Assembly: GCA_036393495.1 (NCBI GenBank)
Contig: DASWGY010000230.1
Coordinates: 1 to 46,488, forward strand
Length of the DNA: 46,488 nucleotides
From: Candidatus Limnocylindrales bacterium
GTDB taxonomy: Bacteria; Chloroflexota; Limnocylindria; Limnocylindrales; CSP1-4
Reading direction: 5' to 3'
Within the stretch, counting starts at the first letter, position 1, and each line of letters starts with the position of its first letter. This document shows, in pieces, positions 18,681-27,677 of this stretch. The position numbers and the translations under genes are program-made. The notes under the pieces are model-generated. The model saw only the letters and a list, made by a program, of their open reading frames with translations, was not told where the DNA came from and did no database searches.

Positions 18681-18711
18681 GAGCGCCCGGCCGCGTGGCG
18701 GCCGGGCGCTC
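18681..18711 (-). other. perfect 14-bp-stem hairpin between the SBP and downstream flavoprotein cistrons
   Basis: GAGCGCCCGGCCGC-gtg-GCGGCCGGGCGCTC. It lies 40 nt after the SBP stop and 28 nt before the next start. No clean U-tract follows it. Confidence 0.6.
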
Positions 18712-18750
18712 GTAGGTTCAGATTCGCGCCGTCCGGGCGCGTCGTTCCGG

Positions 18751-20334
18751 CTACTCCGAGATCGTCAGCACTGGGGAGAGCAGGTAGTGCTCCAGGGGGT
18801 GGACCCTGAAGTTCTGGACCCCGGACCGGGCCCCGGCGAGCTCCTGGGGGTGGTAGAGGAACACGTCGACGGCGGTTTCCTGGAGCAGCGTCGCTACGTC
18901 CGAGTAGACGGCGTACCGGGAGCTGGGATCATCGTCGGAGACGGCGGCCTCGAGCCGCGTGTCGACCGTCTCGTCGCAGAAGAGCGAGAGGTTGTAGCCC
19001 CCGCCGCAGGTGTAGTCGGCGCGGAGCATGCCGGCCGGGTCGTTGATGTCGGTGAGGTAGCCGCGGGACAGGACGAACATGTCGTAGTCGCCGGCGAGGA
19101 CATCGCCCTCCATGGCGGCGTAATCGGCGACCCGGATCTCGACGACGATCCCGGCCTCCGTCAGCATCCCCTGGATCGCGACGGCGACATCGGGCAGCTC
19201 GGCCCGGGAGGGGTAGGTCCAGAGGGACAAGGTGAGCTCGCCCTCTCCGAATCCCGCCTCCGCGAGGAGTGACTTCGCCCGGTCGACGTCCCTGACGATG
19301 GGCGTGGCGCCGGCCGGTGCCCAGGCCGCGTTTGACGCAAACGGGCCGGCCGCCGGGGCAACCGCGCCCTCGAGAACCTGGTTGGCGATGGCGTCGACGT
19401 CGATCGCCGCCTGGATCGCCTGGCGGACCAGGACGTCGTTGAGCGGCGCCCGGCTGTTGTTCATGTACATCGAGTTCGTTCGGGCGAGCTGGCTTCGGAC
19501 GACCACCAGGTCGCCGTTCGCCTCGATGAGCGGGATCGTCGGGATCGGCAGCGAGCTCGCGATGTCGACCTCGCCCGTCTGGAGCAGGGTCGCGCGGGTG
19601 GCGCCGTCGGGGATGAGCCGGACCTGCGCGCCGGCGAGGGCGACGTCGCCGCCCCAGTAGGTCTCGTTGCGCGTCAGGGTGAAGTCGGACGGCAGGTTCT
19701 GGGCGGTCAGGACGAAGGGCCCCGTGCCCGCCTGGGTCGGATCGATGCCGCCGCCGGAGTAGGCCCGTTCGGCCAGGATGACCGTGTTCGGGCTGGCGAC
19801 GTAGAGCGGGATGAGCGCGTTCGAAGACGTCGACGTCACGGTGACGATGCCGTCTCCGGTAGCCTCGACCGACGCGATGGCGTTGGGATTGAAGGATCGG
19901 GCCGGAGCGTCGACGCCGAGCAGGTAGGTGAGCGACGCCGCGACAGCGTCGGCCGTGACGGGCGTGCCGTCGTGGAACGTCACGCCATCGCGGAGCGTGA
20001 ACTCCCACGTCGTGTCATCGGTTCGTCGCCACTCCGTCGCGAGGGCGGGCTCGGGCTGACCGTCGAAGCCCGTCCGGGTGAGCGTCTCGGCGATCCCAGA
20101 GATGGTCAAGATGAAGGCGTCGTCGGTCTCCAACGCCCAGGCGTTGTCAACCGTCTCGCGCGAGGCCCAGACGAGGGTAGCGTCACCCGGGGCGACGCTC
20201 GGGGCATCGGTTGGCGAGCCCCCGGTGCCGGTCGGCGTGCCCGATGGTGCCGACGACGCGGCGCCCTGGCAGGCCGTCACGATGAGGGCGGCGACCAACA
20301 GACCGCCGAGCAAGGGATTGCGCCTATGGAACAT
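18751..20334 (-). CDS. ABC transporter substrate-binding lipoprotein, family 5 (peptide/opine/nickel, DppA/OppA-like)
   Basis: Start trimmed to the ATG at 20334 after GGAGGAGG. The signal peptide plus lipobox-like sequence reads LLVAALIVTAC, followed by a family-5 SBP body. Confidence 0.85.
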   Translation of the reverse strand: MFHRRNPLLGGLLVAALIVTACQGAASSAPSGTPTGTGGSPTDAPSVAPGDATLVWASRETVDNAWALETDDAFILTISGIAETLTRTGFDGQPEPALATEWRRTDDTTWEFTLRDGVTFHDGTPVTADAVAASLTYLLGVDAPARSFNPNAIASVEATGDGIVTVTSTSSNALIPLYVASPNTVILAERAYSGGGIDPTQAGTGPFVLTAQNLPSDFTLTRNETYWGGDVALAGAQVRLIPDGATRATLLQTGEVDIASSLPIPTIPLIEANGDLVVVRSQLARTNSMYMNNSRAPLNDVLVRQAIQAAIDVDAIANQVLEGAVAPAAGPFASNAAWAPAGATPIVRDVDRAKSLLAEAGFGEGELTLSLWTYPSRAELPDVAVAIQGMLTEAGIVVEIRVADYAAMEGDVLAGDYDMFVLSRGYLTDINDPAGMLRADYTCGGGYNLSLFCDETVDTRLEAAVSDDDPSSRYAVYSDVATLLQETAVDVFLYHPQELAGARSGVQNFRVHPLEHYLLSPVLTISE

Positions 20335-20408
20335 CGGCCTGCCTCCTCCAGCAGCCTCGGCGGGGGACGCGCTCGCAGGTTCACGGCGACGCGTGCTCCG
20401 AGCCTCGT

Positions 20409-20440
20409 ATTCTGCACGTTGAGTGTCGGCTGTCAACAGT
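20409..20440 (-). promoter_or_regulatory. candidate promoter for the SBP operon (-35 TTGACA, 16 nt, -10 CAGAAT) with the ACTGTTGACAGC element
   Basis: The + strand shows GCTGTCAACAGT at 20429-20440 and ATTCTG at 20409-20414. Confidence 0.5.
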
Positions 20441-20501
20441 ATGCACGTAATTTCCTCGCCCCGACGCCAGGCGGTCCGGGCTCAGGGAGCGTCAGCAGAT
20501 A

Positions 20502-20533
20502 ACTGTTGACAATCCAGCTGAGGGGGTGACAAT
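20502..20533 (+). promoter_or_regulatory. candidate promoter for the permease/GntR/ATPase operon (-35 TTGACA, 16 nt, -10 GACAAT) with the ACTGTTGACAAT element
   Basis: ACTGTTGACAAT lies at 20502-20513. It is inverted relative to the 20429-20440 copy and about 60 bp from it. Confidence 0.5.
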
Positions 20534-20634
20534 GGCAGTCGCAGCCCAGAGTCCGCCCACCTCGAAGTCGGAGCTCCGTATGACCGTCCCGGTGGTCGCG
20601 ACGCGATCCCGACCCTCGCGCCCGGGTTCCTGAC

Positions 20635-21585
20635 ATGGCTCGATTCATCGTGCGCCGGGTCATCTTCCTGGTCGCGACGCTGTTCGCGGTGTCGGTGCTG
20701 GCCTTCGTGGTCCCGTACCTGGGCGAGACCGACCCGGCCCGCCAGATCCTCCGCGCCCGGCTCGGCGGCGAGCTCGCCCTGGACCCCGCAACGGTCGAGG
20801 CGGTCCGGCGCCAGTTCGGCCTCGACCAGCCAGTTCCGGTCCAGTACCTGCGCTGGTTGGAGGCCGCGGTCAGCGGCGATTTCGGAAGCTCGTACACGAA
20901 TCGCCAGCCGGTCATCGGCATCATCGCCCGCGGCCTGGGCGTGTCCTTCGTCCTGGCCCTCTCGGCACTGCTCCTGGCCACGATCATCGCCGTGCCCCTC
21001 GGCATCCTCGCGGCGCTGAAGCCCGGCGGGCGTCGCGACAGCTCGATCATCCTGCTGACCCAGGGTCTCGTGGCCCTGCCGGAGTACTGGCTGGCGCCGC
21101 TCGGGATGCTCGTCTTCGCTTTGTGGCTCGGCTGGCTTCCGGCGGCCGGCTGGAGCAGCCCGGTGTCGGTGATCCTGCCGGCCGGCGTCCTGGCCCTGCG
21201 CCCGCTGGCCTATCTCCTCGGTGTCACCCGGGCGTCGATGATCACCGTGCTCGAATCGCCGTACATCACCGCCGCGCGCTCGCGGGGCCTGAGCCAGCTC
21301 CTGACGCTGCGCCGGCACGGTCTCAAGAACGCCATGGTCCCGGTCATGACGCTGTTCTCGATCTGGCTGGCGGGGACCCTCGGCGGGTCGGTCGTCATCG
21401 AGGTCATCTTTGCGATCCCCGGCCTCGGGCGGGTCATGTACGACGCCGTCACGAACGGCGACATGCCGGTGCTCCAGGCCGGCATCATCGCGACGGTCGG
21501 CCTCGCGATCGTCGTCAACACGCTGACCGACATCGGGTACGCGCTGCTCAACCCGGCGATCGTCGTGGGCGACTCCAATGGCTGA
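20635..21585 (+). CDS. ABC transporter permease (DppB/OppB-like)
   Basis: 316 aa, starting MARFIVRRVIFLVATL... with six TM segments and a binding-protein-dependent transport (BPD) signature region. Confidence 0.9.
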   Translation: MARFIVRRVIFLVATLFAVSVLAFVVPYLGETDPARQILRARLGGELALDPATVEAVRRQFGLDQPVPVQYLRWLEAAVSGDFGSSYTNRQPVIGIIARGLGVSFVLALSALLLATIIAVPLGILAALKPGGRRDSSIILLTQGLVALPEYWLAPLGMLVFALWLGWLPAAGWSSPVSVILPAGVLALRPLAYLLGVTRASMITVLESPYITAARSRGLSQLLTLRRHGLKNAMVPVMTLFSIWLAGTLGGSVVIEVIFAIPGLGRVMYDAVTNGDMPVLQAGIIATVGLAIVVNTLTDIGYALLNPAIVVGDSNG

Positions 21586-22492
21586 TGCCGGACAGATCGC
21601 CGCCCCGCGGCTGGCCCGGTCGGTCGGCCTGGGCTACCTGGTCCGACGCTTCCACTGGGCGTTCGTCGTTGGAGCCGCGTTCTTCCTCACGGTCTGCTCC
21701 CTCTTGATCCTGACACCCTGGATCTCACCGTACGACCCGGCCGCCCAGGACCTCCTGAACCGCCTCGCGCCGCCAGGCCCGGAGCACCTCTTCGGAACCG
21801 ACCACCTCGGTCGCGACGTCCTGTCCAGGCTCCTCCACGGGGGACGATTCTCGGTCTCGATCGCGGCCATCGCCGTCCTCATCACGGGGGTCACGGGGAC
21901 CCTCCTCGGCGCCATCAGCGCCCGGGTCGGCGGAGTGCTCGATGACTTCCTCATGCGCCTCGTCGACGCCCTGCTGGCGTTCCCGGGCGTGATGATCGCG
22001 CTGTTCCTCGTGTTCATCCTCGGACCCGGCTACGGCACCCTGATCATCGCGCTCTCGGTCGCCGGCTGGACCCCGTTCGCGCGCCTCACCCGCGCGGTCA
22101 CGCTCGAGATCAACACCCGGGGCTACATCGAGGCGGCCGAGGCCCTCGGCTGCTCGCGCACGTTCATCATCGTCCGACACGTGCTCCCCAACGCCATCGG
22201 CCCGGTCCTCGCACAGGGTTTCCTGCGGTTCGGCCATGAGCTCATCACGGTCGGCGGCCTGTCCTACCTCGGCCTCGGAGTCCAGCCACCCGAGTCGGAC
22301 TGGGGCGCCATGCTCGCCGACGCCCAGCTGTACATGATCAGGTCGCCATGGCTCGTCCTCGTCCCGGGGCTCGTGATCTTCCTCACGGCGCTCTCGGTCA
22401 CGCTTGCCGGGCACGGCCTCCGCCAGTCGTTCCGGCGCGGCGGCCCCCGCGGCCTCGGCGCCGTGGCGGCACCCAAGGAGTCGGCTTCATGA
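21578..22492 (+). CDS. ABC transporter permease (DppC/OppC-like)
   Basis: 304 aa with an 8-nt overlap with the upstream permease. It contains the HLFGTDHLGRDVLSRL motif typical of DppC. Confidence 0.9.
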   Translation: MADAGQIAAPRLARSVGLGYLVRRFHWAFVVGAAFFLTVCSLLILTPWISPYDPAAQDLLNRLAPPGPEHLFGTDHLGRDVLSRLLHGGRFSVSIAAIAVLITGVTGTLLGAISARVGGVLDDFLMRLVDALLAFPGVMIALFLVFILGPGYGTLIIALSVAGWTPFARLTRAVTLEINTRGYIEAAEALGCSRTFIIVRHVLPNAIGPVLAQGFLRFGHELITVGGLSYLGLGVQPPESDWGAMLADAQLYMIRSPWLVLVPGLVIFLTALSVTLAGHGLRQSFRRGGPRGLGAVAAPKESAS

Positions 22493-23145
22493 CGACGCCG
22501 ATCAGACCACTTGACCAGGCCCAGCGATCGACGCTCGGGGCGATCGTGACCGACCAGCTCCGGGATCACGTCATCCATGGCCGGTTCGAACCGGGTGCCG
22601 TGCTCGGTGAGGTCGCGCTGGCGGCCCAGTTCGGCGTCAGTCGCGGCCCCGTCAGGGAAGCCCTCCAGCATCTCGTCCAGGAAGGCCTCCTCCGGCGTGA
22701 GCCGCGGCGCGGCATCTCCGTGCCGCGCCTCGCCGCCTCCGACCTCCGCGACATCTATGTCGCCAGGGAGGCCATCGAGTCGGCCGCAGCCGCCGTCGTC
22801 GTCGCCGGCGACACCGCGGCCCTCGCGGCCGGGCTCCGCGACGTGGTCGGTCGGATGCGGAGTGCCTTCGCTGCCGACGACTGGCTGGCCCTCGCCGACC
22901 TCGATGTCGCCTTCCATCGCCAGATCGTCGAGGCCGCCCTCAGCCCCCGGCTCTCACGGCTTTACGCGTCGGTCATCGGCGAGACGTTCGCCTTCTTCAA
23001 CATGAACGCCCATCACCCGCGACGCCATGAGCTGCTCGAGCAGCACACCGAGCTCGTGCGGCTCATCGCCGCCCGGGACGGGGACGGCCTCCGGCGAGCC
23101 CTGGCGCGGCATCTCTCCGGGACGAGCGAGCGAGGAGCGCGATGA
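22489..23145 (+). CDS. GntR-family regulator (FCD subfamily), copy 2, embedded in the ABC operon
   Basis: Start trimmed to the ATG at 22489 (ATGA overlap with the permease stop). The stop overlaps the next ATG (ATGA). The wHTH reads LGEVALAAQFGVSRGPVREALQHLVQEGLL and is paralogous to 7339-8034. Confidence 0.85.
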   Translation: MTTPIRPLDQAQRSTLGAIVTDQLRDHVIHGRFEPGAVLGEVALAAQFGVSRGPVREALQHLVQEGLLRREPRRGISVPRLAASDLRDIYVAREAIESAAAAVVVAGDTAALAAGLRDVVGRMRSAFAADDWLALADLDVAFHRQIVEAALSPRLSRLYASVIGETFAFFNMNAHHPRRHELLEQHTELVRLIAARDGDGLRRALARHLSGTSERGAR

Positions 23146-24233
23146 CGACCATCGATCAGGTTGCCGATCGGGGCACCGCCGCTGGACCCGGGCCGACCCC
23201 GCTCATCGAGGTCCGTAACCTCCGGGTCCAGCTGCCCAGCCGCGACGGGATTGTCACGGCCATCGACGGCATCGATTTCTCGATCGGCAGGGGCGAGATC
23301 GTGGCCCTCGTCGGGGAGTCGGGGTCGGGCAAGAGCATGACCGCCCTGTCGATCGCCCGGCTCCTGCCCCCGACCGCCCGAATCACCAGCGGCGAGGTCC
23401 TCCTCGACGGCGTCGACCTCCTCGAGCTCCCGGACCGGGACATGGACCGGATCCGGGGCGCTCGGATCGCGATGCTGTTCCAGCAGCCGAAGGCGTCGCT
23501 CGATCCCACCAGCCGAGTCGGCGACCAGGTCGGGGAGGCGTTGCGGTTCGGCCGCGGCGCGAGCCCGAGCCAGGCCTGGCAGAAGAGCGTCGCGCTCCTC
23601 GAGGACGTTGGCATTCCGGAGGCCCGGCGACGGGCCCGTGCCTACGCCCATCAGCTGTCGGGCGGGATGGCCCAGCGAGTGATGACCGCGGCGGCCATCA
23701 GCGGAGGCCCGGAGCTCCTCATCGCCGACGAGCCGACGACCGCGCTCGATGTCACGGTCCAGGCCCAGATCCTGGGGCTCCTCAAGAGCATGGTTCGGGA
23801 GCACGGCCTGTCGATGCTCCTGATCAGCCACGACCTCGGCATCGTCTCGACGATCGCCGACCGGGTCGTCGTCCTCTACGCCGGCAAGGTCGTCGAGGAT
23901 GGTCCGACGGCCCAGATCATCGGCCAGCCGACGCACCCCTACACCGAGGCCCTGATGCGGTCGTCGCTCCTGATCCCGAACGACGAAGGACGGCTGTATG
24001 CCATCCCCGGGGGTGCCCCGCGACCAGGGGAGGAGCTCGTCGGCTGCCGGTTCCGGGCCCGCTGCCAGTACGCCGACACCCTCGGGATCGCCGCGAAGTG
24101 CGAGACCCTCGAGCCCGGGCTCCACCTCTGTGAGTCGGGCCACCAGTGTCGATGCTGGGCGGTTCAGGACGGGCTCATCACCCTCACCCCGGCCGACCCG
24201 ATCCGCCTGATGATCACCGAGCGGACGCGATGA
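23142..24233 (+). CDS. ABC transporter ATP-binding protein (DppD/OppD-like)
   Basis: Walker A GESGSGKS, signature LSGGMAQR and Walker B LLIADEPT. It has a C-terminal Cys-rich oligopeptide-type extension. Confidence 0.9.
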   Translation: MTTIDQVADRGTAAGPGPTPLIEVRNLRVQLPSRDGIVTAIDGIDFSIGRGEIVALVGESGSGKSMTALSIARLLPPTARITSGEVLLDGVDLLELPDRDMDRIRGARIAMLFQQPKASLDPTSRVGDQVGEALRFGRGASPSQAWQKSVALLEDVGIPEARRRARAYAHQLSGGMAQRVMTAAAISGGPELLIADEPTTALDVTVQAQILGLLKSMVREHGLSMLLISHDLGIVSTIADRVVVLYAGKVVEDGPTAQIIGQPTHPYTEALMRSSLLIPNDEGRLYAIPGGAPRPGEELVGCRFRARCQYADTLGIAAKCETLEPGLHLCESGHQCRCWAVQDGLITLTPADPIRLMITERTR

Positions 24234-25288
24234 CGGCGGCCGACCCGGCGGCGGTTGGACCGGGCGCCCACCCGGGGGTCACCGACATCGGCCGCCATCC
24301 GAAGGCGGCCGCCGGCCGGCCGCTCATCGTCCTCGACGACGTGACGAAGCATTTCCCGGTCAGTGGCGGCGGCCTTCTCGGCCGGAAGGAGGTCGTCCAC
24401 GCCATCGACGGCGTCACGCTGACGGTCCGCGAGGGTGAGGTCATGGGCCTCGTCGGGGAGACCGGGAGCGGCAAGAGCACGCTTGCCCGGCTCATCCTCA
24501 AGCTCATCACTGCCGACGGTGGCCAGATCACGTTCGACGGCCAGGATGTCCTGGCGGCCGATCGGGGCCAGCTCAAGGCGCTCCGGCGCGAGATGCAGCT
24601 CATCTTCCAGGACCCGTTCTCGGCGCTCGACCCGAGCATGAAGCTGGGCCAGAGCATCGAGGCGCCGCTCTCCCAGCACAACATCGGGGACAAGGCGTCG
24701 CGCAAGCGGATGGTGGCCGAGCTGCTCGACAAGGTCGGCCTGCCGGCGTCGTTCGCGGAGCGCTACCCGAGCGAGTGCTCGGGGGGCCAGCTCCACCGGG
24801 TCGTCATCGCCCGGGCGCTCTCGCTGGGACCGCGCTTCCTGGCCTGCGACGAGCCGACCTCGTCGCTCGATGCCTCCATCCGGGCCCAGATCCTCAACCT
24901 GCTCGTCGATCTCAGGGATCAGCTCGGCCTGACCCTGCTCCTCATCTCGCATGACCTGCGGGTCGTGCGCTACATCTCCGATCGGGTCGCGGTCATGTAC
25001 CTCGGCCGGATCGTGGAGCTGGGAAGCCGCGACGACATCTTCGAGCACCCCCTCCACCCCTACACCCAGAAGCTGATCGCGGCGTCGCTGCCGGAGCGGG
25101 CAGGGGAGGACCACGCGATCCTCCAGGGTGAGCCGCCGAGCCCGATCAACCCACCGTCCGGCTGCCGGTTCCGGGAGCGCTGCCCGCTCGCGATCGAGGC
25201 CTGCAAGGAGCTGCCGCCGTTCGAGCCGGCGCGCCCGGGCCACTCGGTGGCCTGCATCCGCTGGCAGGACGCGGCCGCATCGTGGTGA
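24230..25288 (+). CDS. ABC transporter ATP-binding protein (DppF/OppF-like)
   Basis: Start trimmed to the ATG at 24230 (ATGA overlap). It has GETGSGKST, a CSGGQLHR signature variant, and FLACDEPTS. Confidence 0.9.
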   Translation: MTAADPAAVGPGAHPGVTDIGRHPKAAAGRPLIVLDDVTKHFPVSGGGLLGRKEVVHAIDGVTLTVREGEVMGLVGETGSGKSTLARLILKLITADGGQITFDGQDVLAADRGQLKALRREMQLIFQDPFSALDPSMKLGQSIEAPLSQHNIGDKASRKRMVAELLDKVGLPASFAERYPSECSGGQLHRVVIARALSLGPRFLACDEPTSSLDASIRAQILNLLVDLRDQLGLTLLLISHDLRVVRYISDRVAVMYLGRIVELGSRDDIFEHPLHPYTQKLIAASLPERAGEDHAILQGEPPSPINPPSGCRFRERCPLAIEACKELPPFEPARPGHSVACIRWQDAAASW

Positions 25289-25310
25289 CGGCCACCGCCA
25301 GGCTGCCGGC

Positions 25311-26270
25311 TTGACGACGACCCGGGCAACGATCAACGACGCTTCTGAGCAGCGCGGGGACGCGACCGAGCTGGCCCTGATCGGGACCGTCGTCCTGCTG
25401 TATGCGGGGGGCTGGATCGCCGCCGAGGTGGCGCTCCGGACGATCGCGCCTCTGAGCCTGGCCGCGTTCCGCTTCACGATCGCCGGCGTCATCCTCGTCA
25501 TCGCCGCCCGGCTCGGCGGTCAATCGCTGGGGCTCGATCGCCCGAAGACGATCGTGGCCCTTGCCCTCTTCGGCATCGCCATCGGCCACGCCTTCTTCTA
25601 CTGGGGCCTTCGCCTGGCGCCGGCGACCGACGGTTCGATCCTCAGCACCGCTTTGACGCCGGCCCTGACCCTGGCCGTCGGTGTCGCCCTTCTCGGGGAG
25701 CGGGTGTCGCGGCGCGGCGTCTCGGGAGCCGCCCTCGGGATCGCCGGGGTCCTGCTGGTGGTCGTGGGGCCCCGCGAGCAGGCCGGCGAGCTGGTGCTCC
25801 TCGGCGACCTCCTGCTCGCCGTCGGCGCGGCCTCGGTCGCGATCTACACGCTCCTCGGCCGGGTCGCGATGGCGCACGGCTCGGTGGTCGGCGTCGCCGG
25901 GAGCTCGACGCTCATCGCGGGGCTGATGATGTTGCCGTTCGCCGTCCTCACCGAGCCGCCGTTCGAGCCCTGGGAGTGGCCGCTCGAGGCGTGGATGGCA
26001 TTCGGCTACCTGACGATCCCCTCGGCGGTCTTTGCCGCGTCGGCCTACTACCTCCTGGTCCGTCGGGCCGGGGCGGTCCGGGCGACGCTCGTCCAGTACC
26101 TGGCGCCGGTCGTCGTCTTCGCCGCCAGCGCCTGGCTCCTCGGTGAGGTGCTGACGCCGTTGCGGGTGCTCGGCGCACTGCTCGCACTCGCCGGCACCCG
26201 ACTCATGATCACCGACCGGCAGACGGGGATCGCCGCCACGGCGGAGCCCCCTGCCCCGCCGGAGGCCTGA
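25311..26270 (+). CDS. EamA/DMT-family transporter
   Basis: About 10 TM segments with a duplicated EamA-like pattern. The start is uncertain. The TTG at 25311 is the only start-like codon between the upstream stop and TM1. Confidence 0.68.
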   Translation: MTTTRATINDASEQRGDATELALIGTVVLLYAGGWIAAEVALRTIAPLSLAAFRFTIAGVILVIAARLGGQSLGLDRPKTIVALALFGIAIGHAFFYWGLRLAPATDGSILSTALTPALTLAVGVALLGERVSRRGVSGAALGIAGVLLVVVGPREQAGELVLLGDLLLAVGAASVAIYTLLGRVAMAHGSVVGVAGSSTLIAGLMMLPFAVLTEPPFEPWEWPLEAWMAFGYLTIPSAVFAASAYYLLVRRAGAVRATLVQYLAPVVVFAASAWLLGEVLTPLRVLGALLALAGTRLMITDRQTGIAATAEPPAPPEA

Positions 26271-26308
26271 GGCGCTGGCGAACGGGTCGGTGCGCGGGTC
26301 GGCGCAGG

Positions 26309-27652
26309 TCAGGTGGACCCGCGATGGCCCTCGGAGCCGATCGGCACGAATGGCGGGGGGGCGGGATCGTGGCCTCGAGTCCGTTCGTGATGGTCGTCCC
26401 CGACGTGGTCGCAGGGGTCGATGTGCACGAGGATCGCGTCGAGCTTGCGGACGTCGTGGTACGCCGCGTGCCGGATGTCCTCGGCCAGCTTGTGGCCGTC
26501 GGCGACGGTGAGCGTGCAGTCGACGACGGCGTGGAGGCTGGCTTCGAGGCGATGGCCGATCCAGCGGACGCGGATCGAGCTGACGTCGATGACGCCCGGC
26601 ACGGCTTTCGCCTGGCGCTCGATCGTGTCGACGAGCGCCGGGTCGACCGCATCCATGAGCCGCCCGAAGACGGCGATCACGGCGTCGCGGAGGACGATGA
26701 GGATTGCGGCGGTGATGAGGAGGCCAACGATCGGGTCGGCCAGCGGAAAGCCGAGCATGAACCCGAAGGCCCCAATCACCACGGCCAGCGACGTGAGGCC
26801 GTCGGTCCGGGCGTGGTAGCCGTCCGCGACGAGCGCGGCTGAGCCGATCTCCTTGCCGACGCGGATCCGGTACGACGCCACGGCCTCGTTGCCGAGGAAG
26901 CCGAAAAACCCGGCCGCGACCACGAGCCACGGGTTGGTGAGCGGGTGGGGATCGATGAGGCGCTGGATCGACTCGGCGCCGGCGATGAGCGCGGACAGCG
27001 CGATCATCAGGACGATGAACAGCCCGGCCAGATCCTCGGCCCGGCGGTAGCCGTACGTGTATCGCTTGTTCGCCTGGCGGCGGGCGAGGATGAACGCGAT
27101 CCAGAGCGGGATCGAGGTCAGTGCATCCGAGAAGTTGTGGATGGTGTCCGCGAGGAGCGCCACGGAACCCGTGACGAGGACGAGGAGCACCTGGGCGACG
27201 GCCGTCGCCATGAGGACGATGAGCGAGACCTTGACGGCCCGGATGCCCCTGACGTTGGAGAGGATCGCGTCGTCGACCGAATCCGCCGAGTCGTGGCTGT
27301 GGGGCTTGATGAGCTCGTAGATGAAGCCCTTGATCCCGGATGGGTGGTCGTGGTCGTCATGGTCGCCATCGCCGTGGTCATGATCATCGTCGGGATGGTC
27401 GTGGTCGACGTGGGCGTGCGCGTGGTCGTCGTTGCCGCCGCCGGCGTCGTGGTCGTGGCCGCCATGCGCGTGGCTGCCGTGGGGGTGGGCGTGGCCGTGG
27501 GCCTCGGCCGGATGCGGGTTCGGCTCGTCGAGGTAGCCGGAGGGGTGCGGATGATCGTGGTCGTGATCGCCGGCCGGCTCGTCCCCACCGGGATGCGGAT
27601 GGGGGTGGTCGTCGTCGTGGGCCTGCTGCCCGCCACGGGACTGTTCGGTCAC
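26309..27652 (-). CDS. cation diffusion facilitator (CDF) transporter with a ~110-aa His/Asp-rich N-terminal extension
   Basis: GTG start after AGGGAGA. The N-terminus reads HDDDHPHPHPGGDEPAGDHDHDHPHP...HGHAHPHGSHAHGGHDHD...DHDHPDDDHDHGDGDHDDHDHP. The CDF core follows (LLADTIHNFSD...YGYRRAED...HARTDGL). Confidence 0.9.
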   Translation of the reverse strand: MTEQSRGGQQAHDDDHPHPHPGGDEPAGDHDHDHPHPSGYLDEPNPHPAEAHGHAHPHGSHAHGGHDHDAGGGNDDHAHAHVDHDHPDDDHDHGDGDHDDHDHPSGIKGFIYELIKPHSHDSADSVDDAILSNVRGIRAVKVSLIVLMATAVAQVLLVLVTGSVALLADTIHNFSDALTSIPLWIAFILARRQANKRYTYGYRRAEDLAGLFIVLMIALSALIAGAESIQRLIDPHPLTNPWLVVAAGFFGFLGNEAVASYRIRVGKEIGSAALVADGYHARTDGLTSLAVVIGAFGFMLGFPLADPIVGLLITAAILIVLRDAVIAVFGRLMDAVDPALVDTIERQAKAVPGVIDVSSIRVRWIGHRLEASLHAVVDCTLTVADGHKLAEDIRHAAYHDVRKLDAILVHIDPCDHVGDDHHERTRGHDPAPPPFVPIGSEGHRGST

Positions 27653-27677
27653 GCCTGTCTCCCTGTCCTGCTGCCGA

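Noticed and set aside
18751-25288. Reading the Dpp-type ABC system as a nickel importer (NikABCDE), because Ni/Co-type regulators and exporters are nearby
   Set aside because: The transporter shares promoter motifs with catabolic enzymes and contains a GntR rather than a NikR. Family-5 SBPs cannot be assigned to nickel or peptide from sequence inspection alone. I left it as peptide/opine-type, unresolved.
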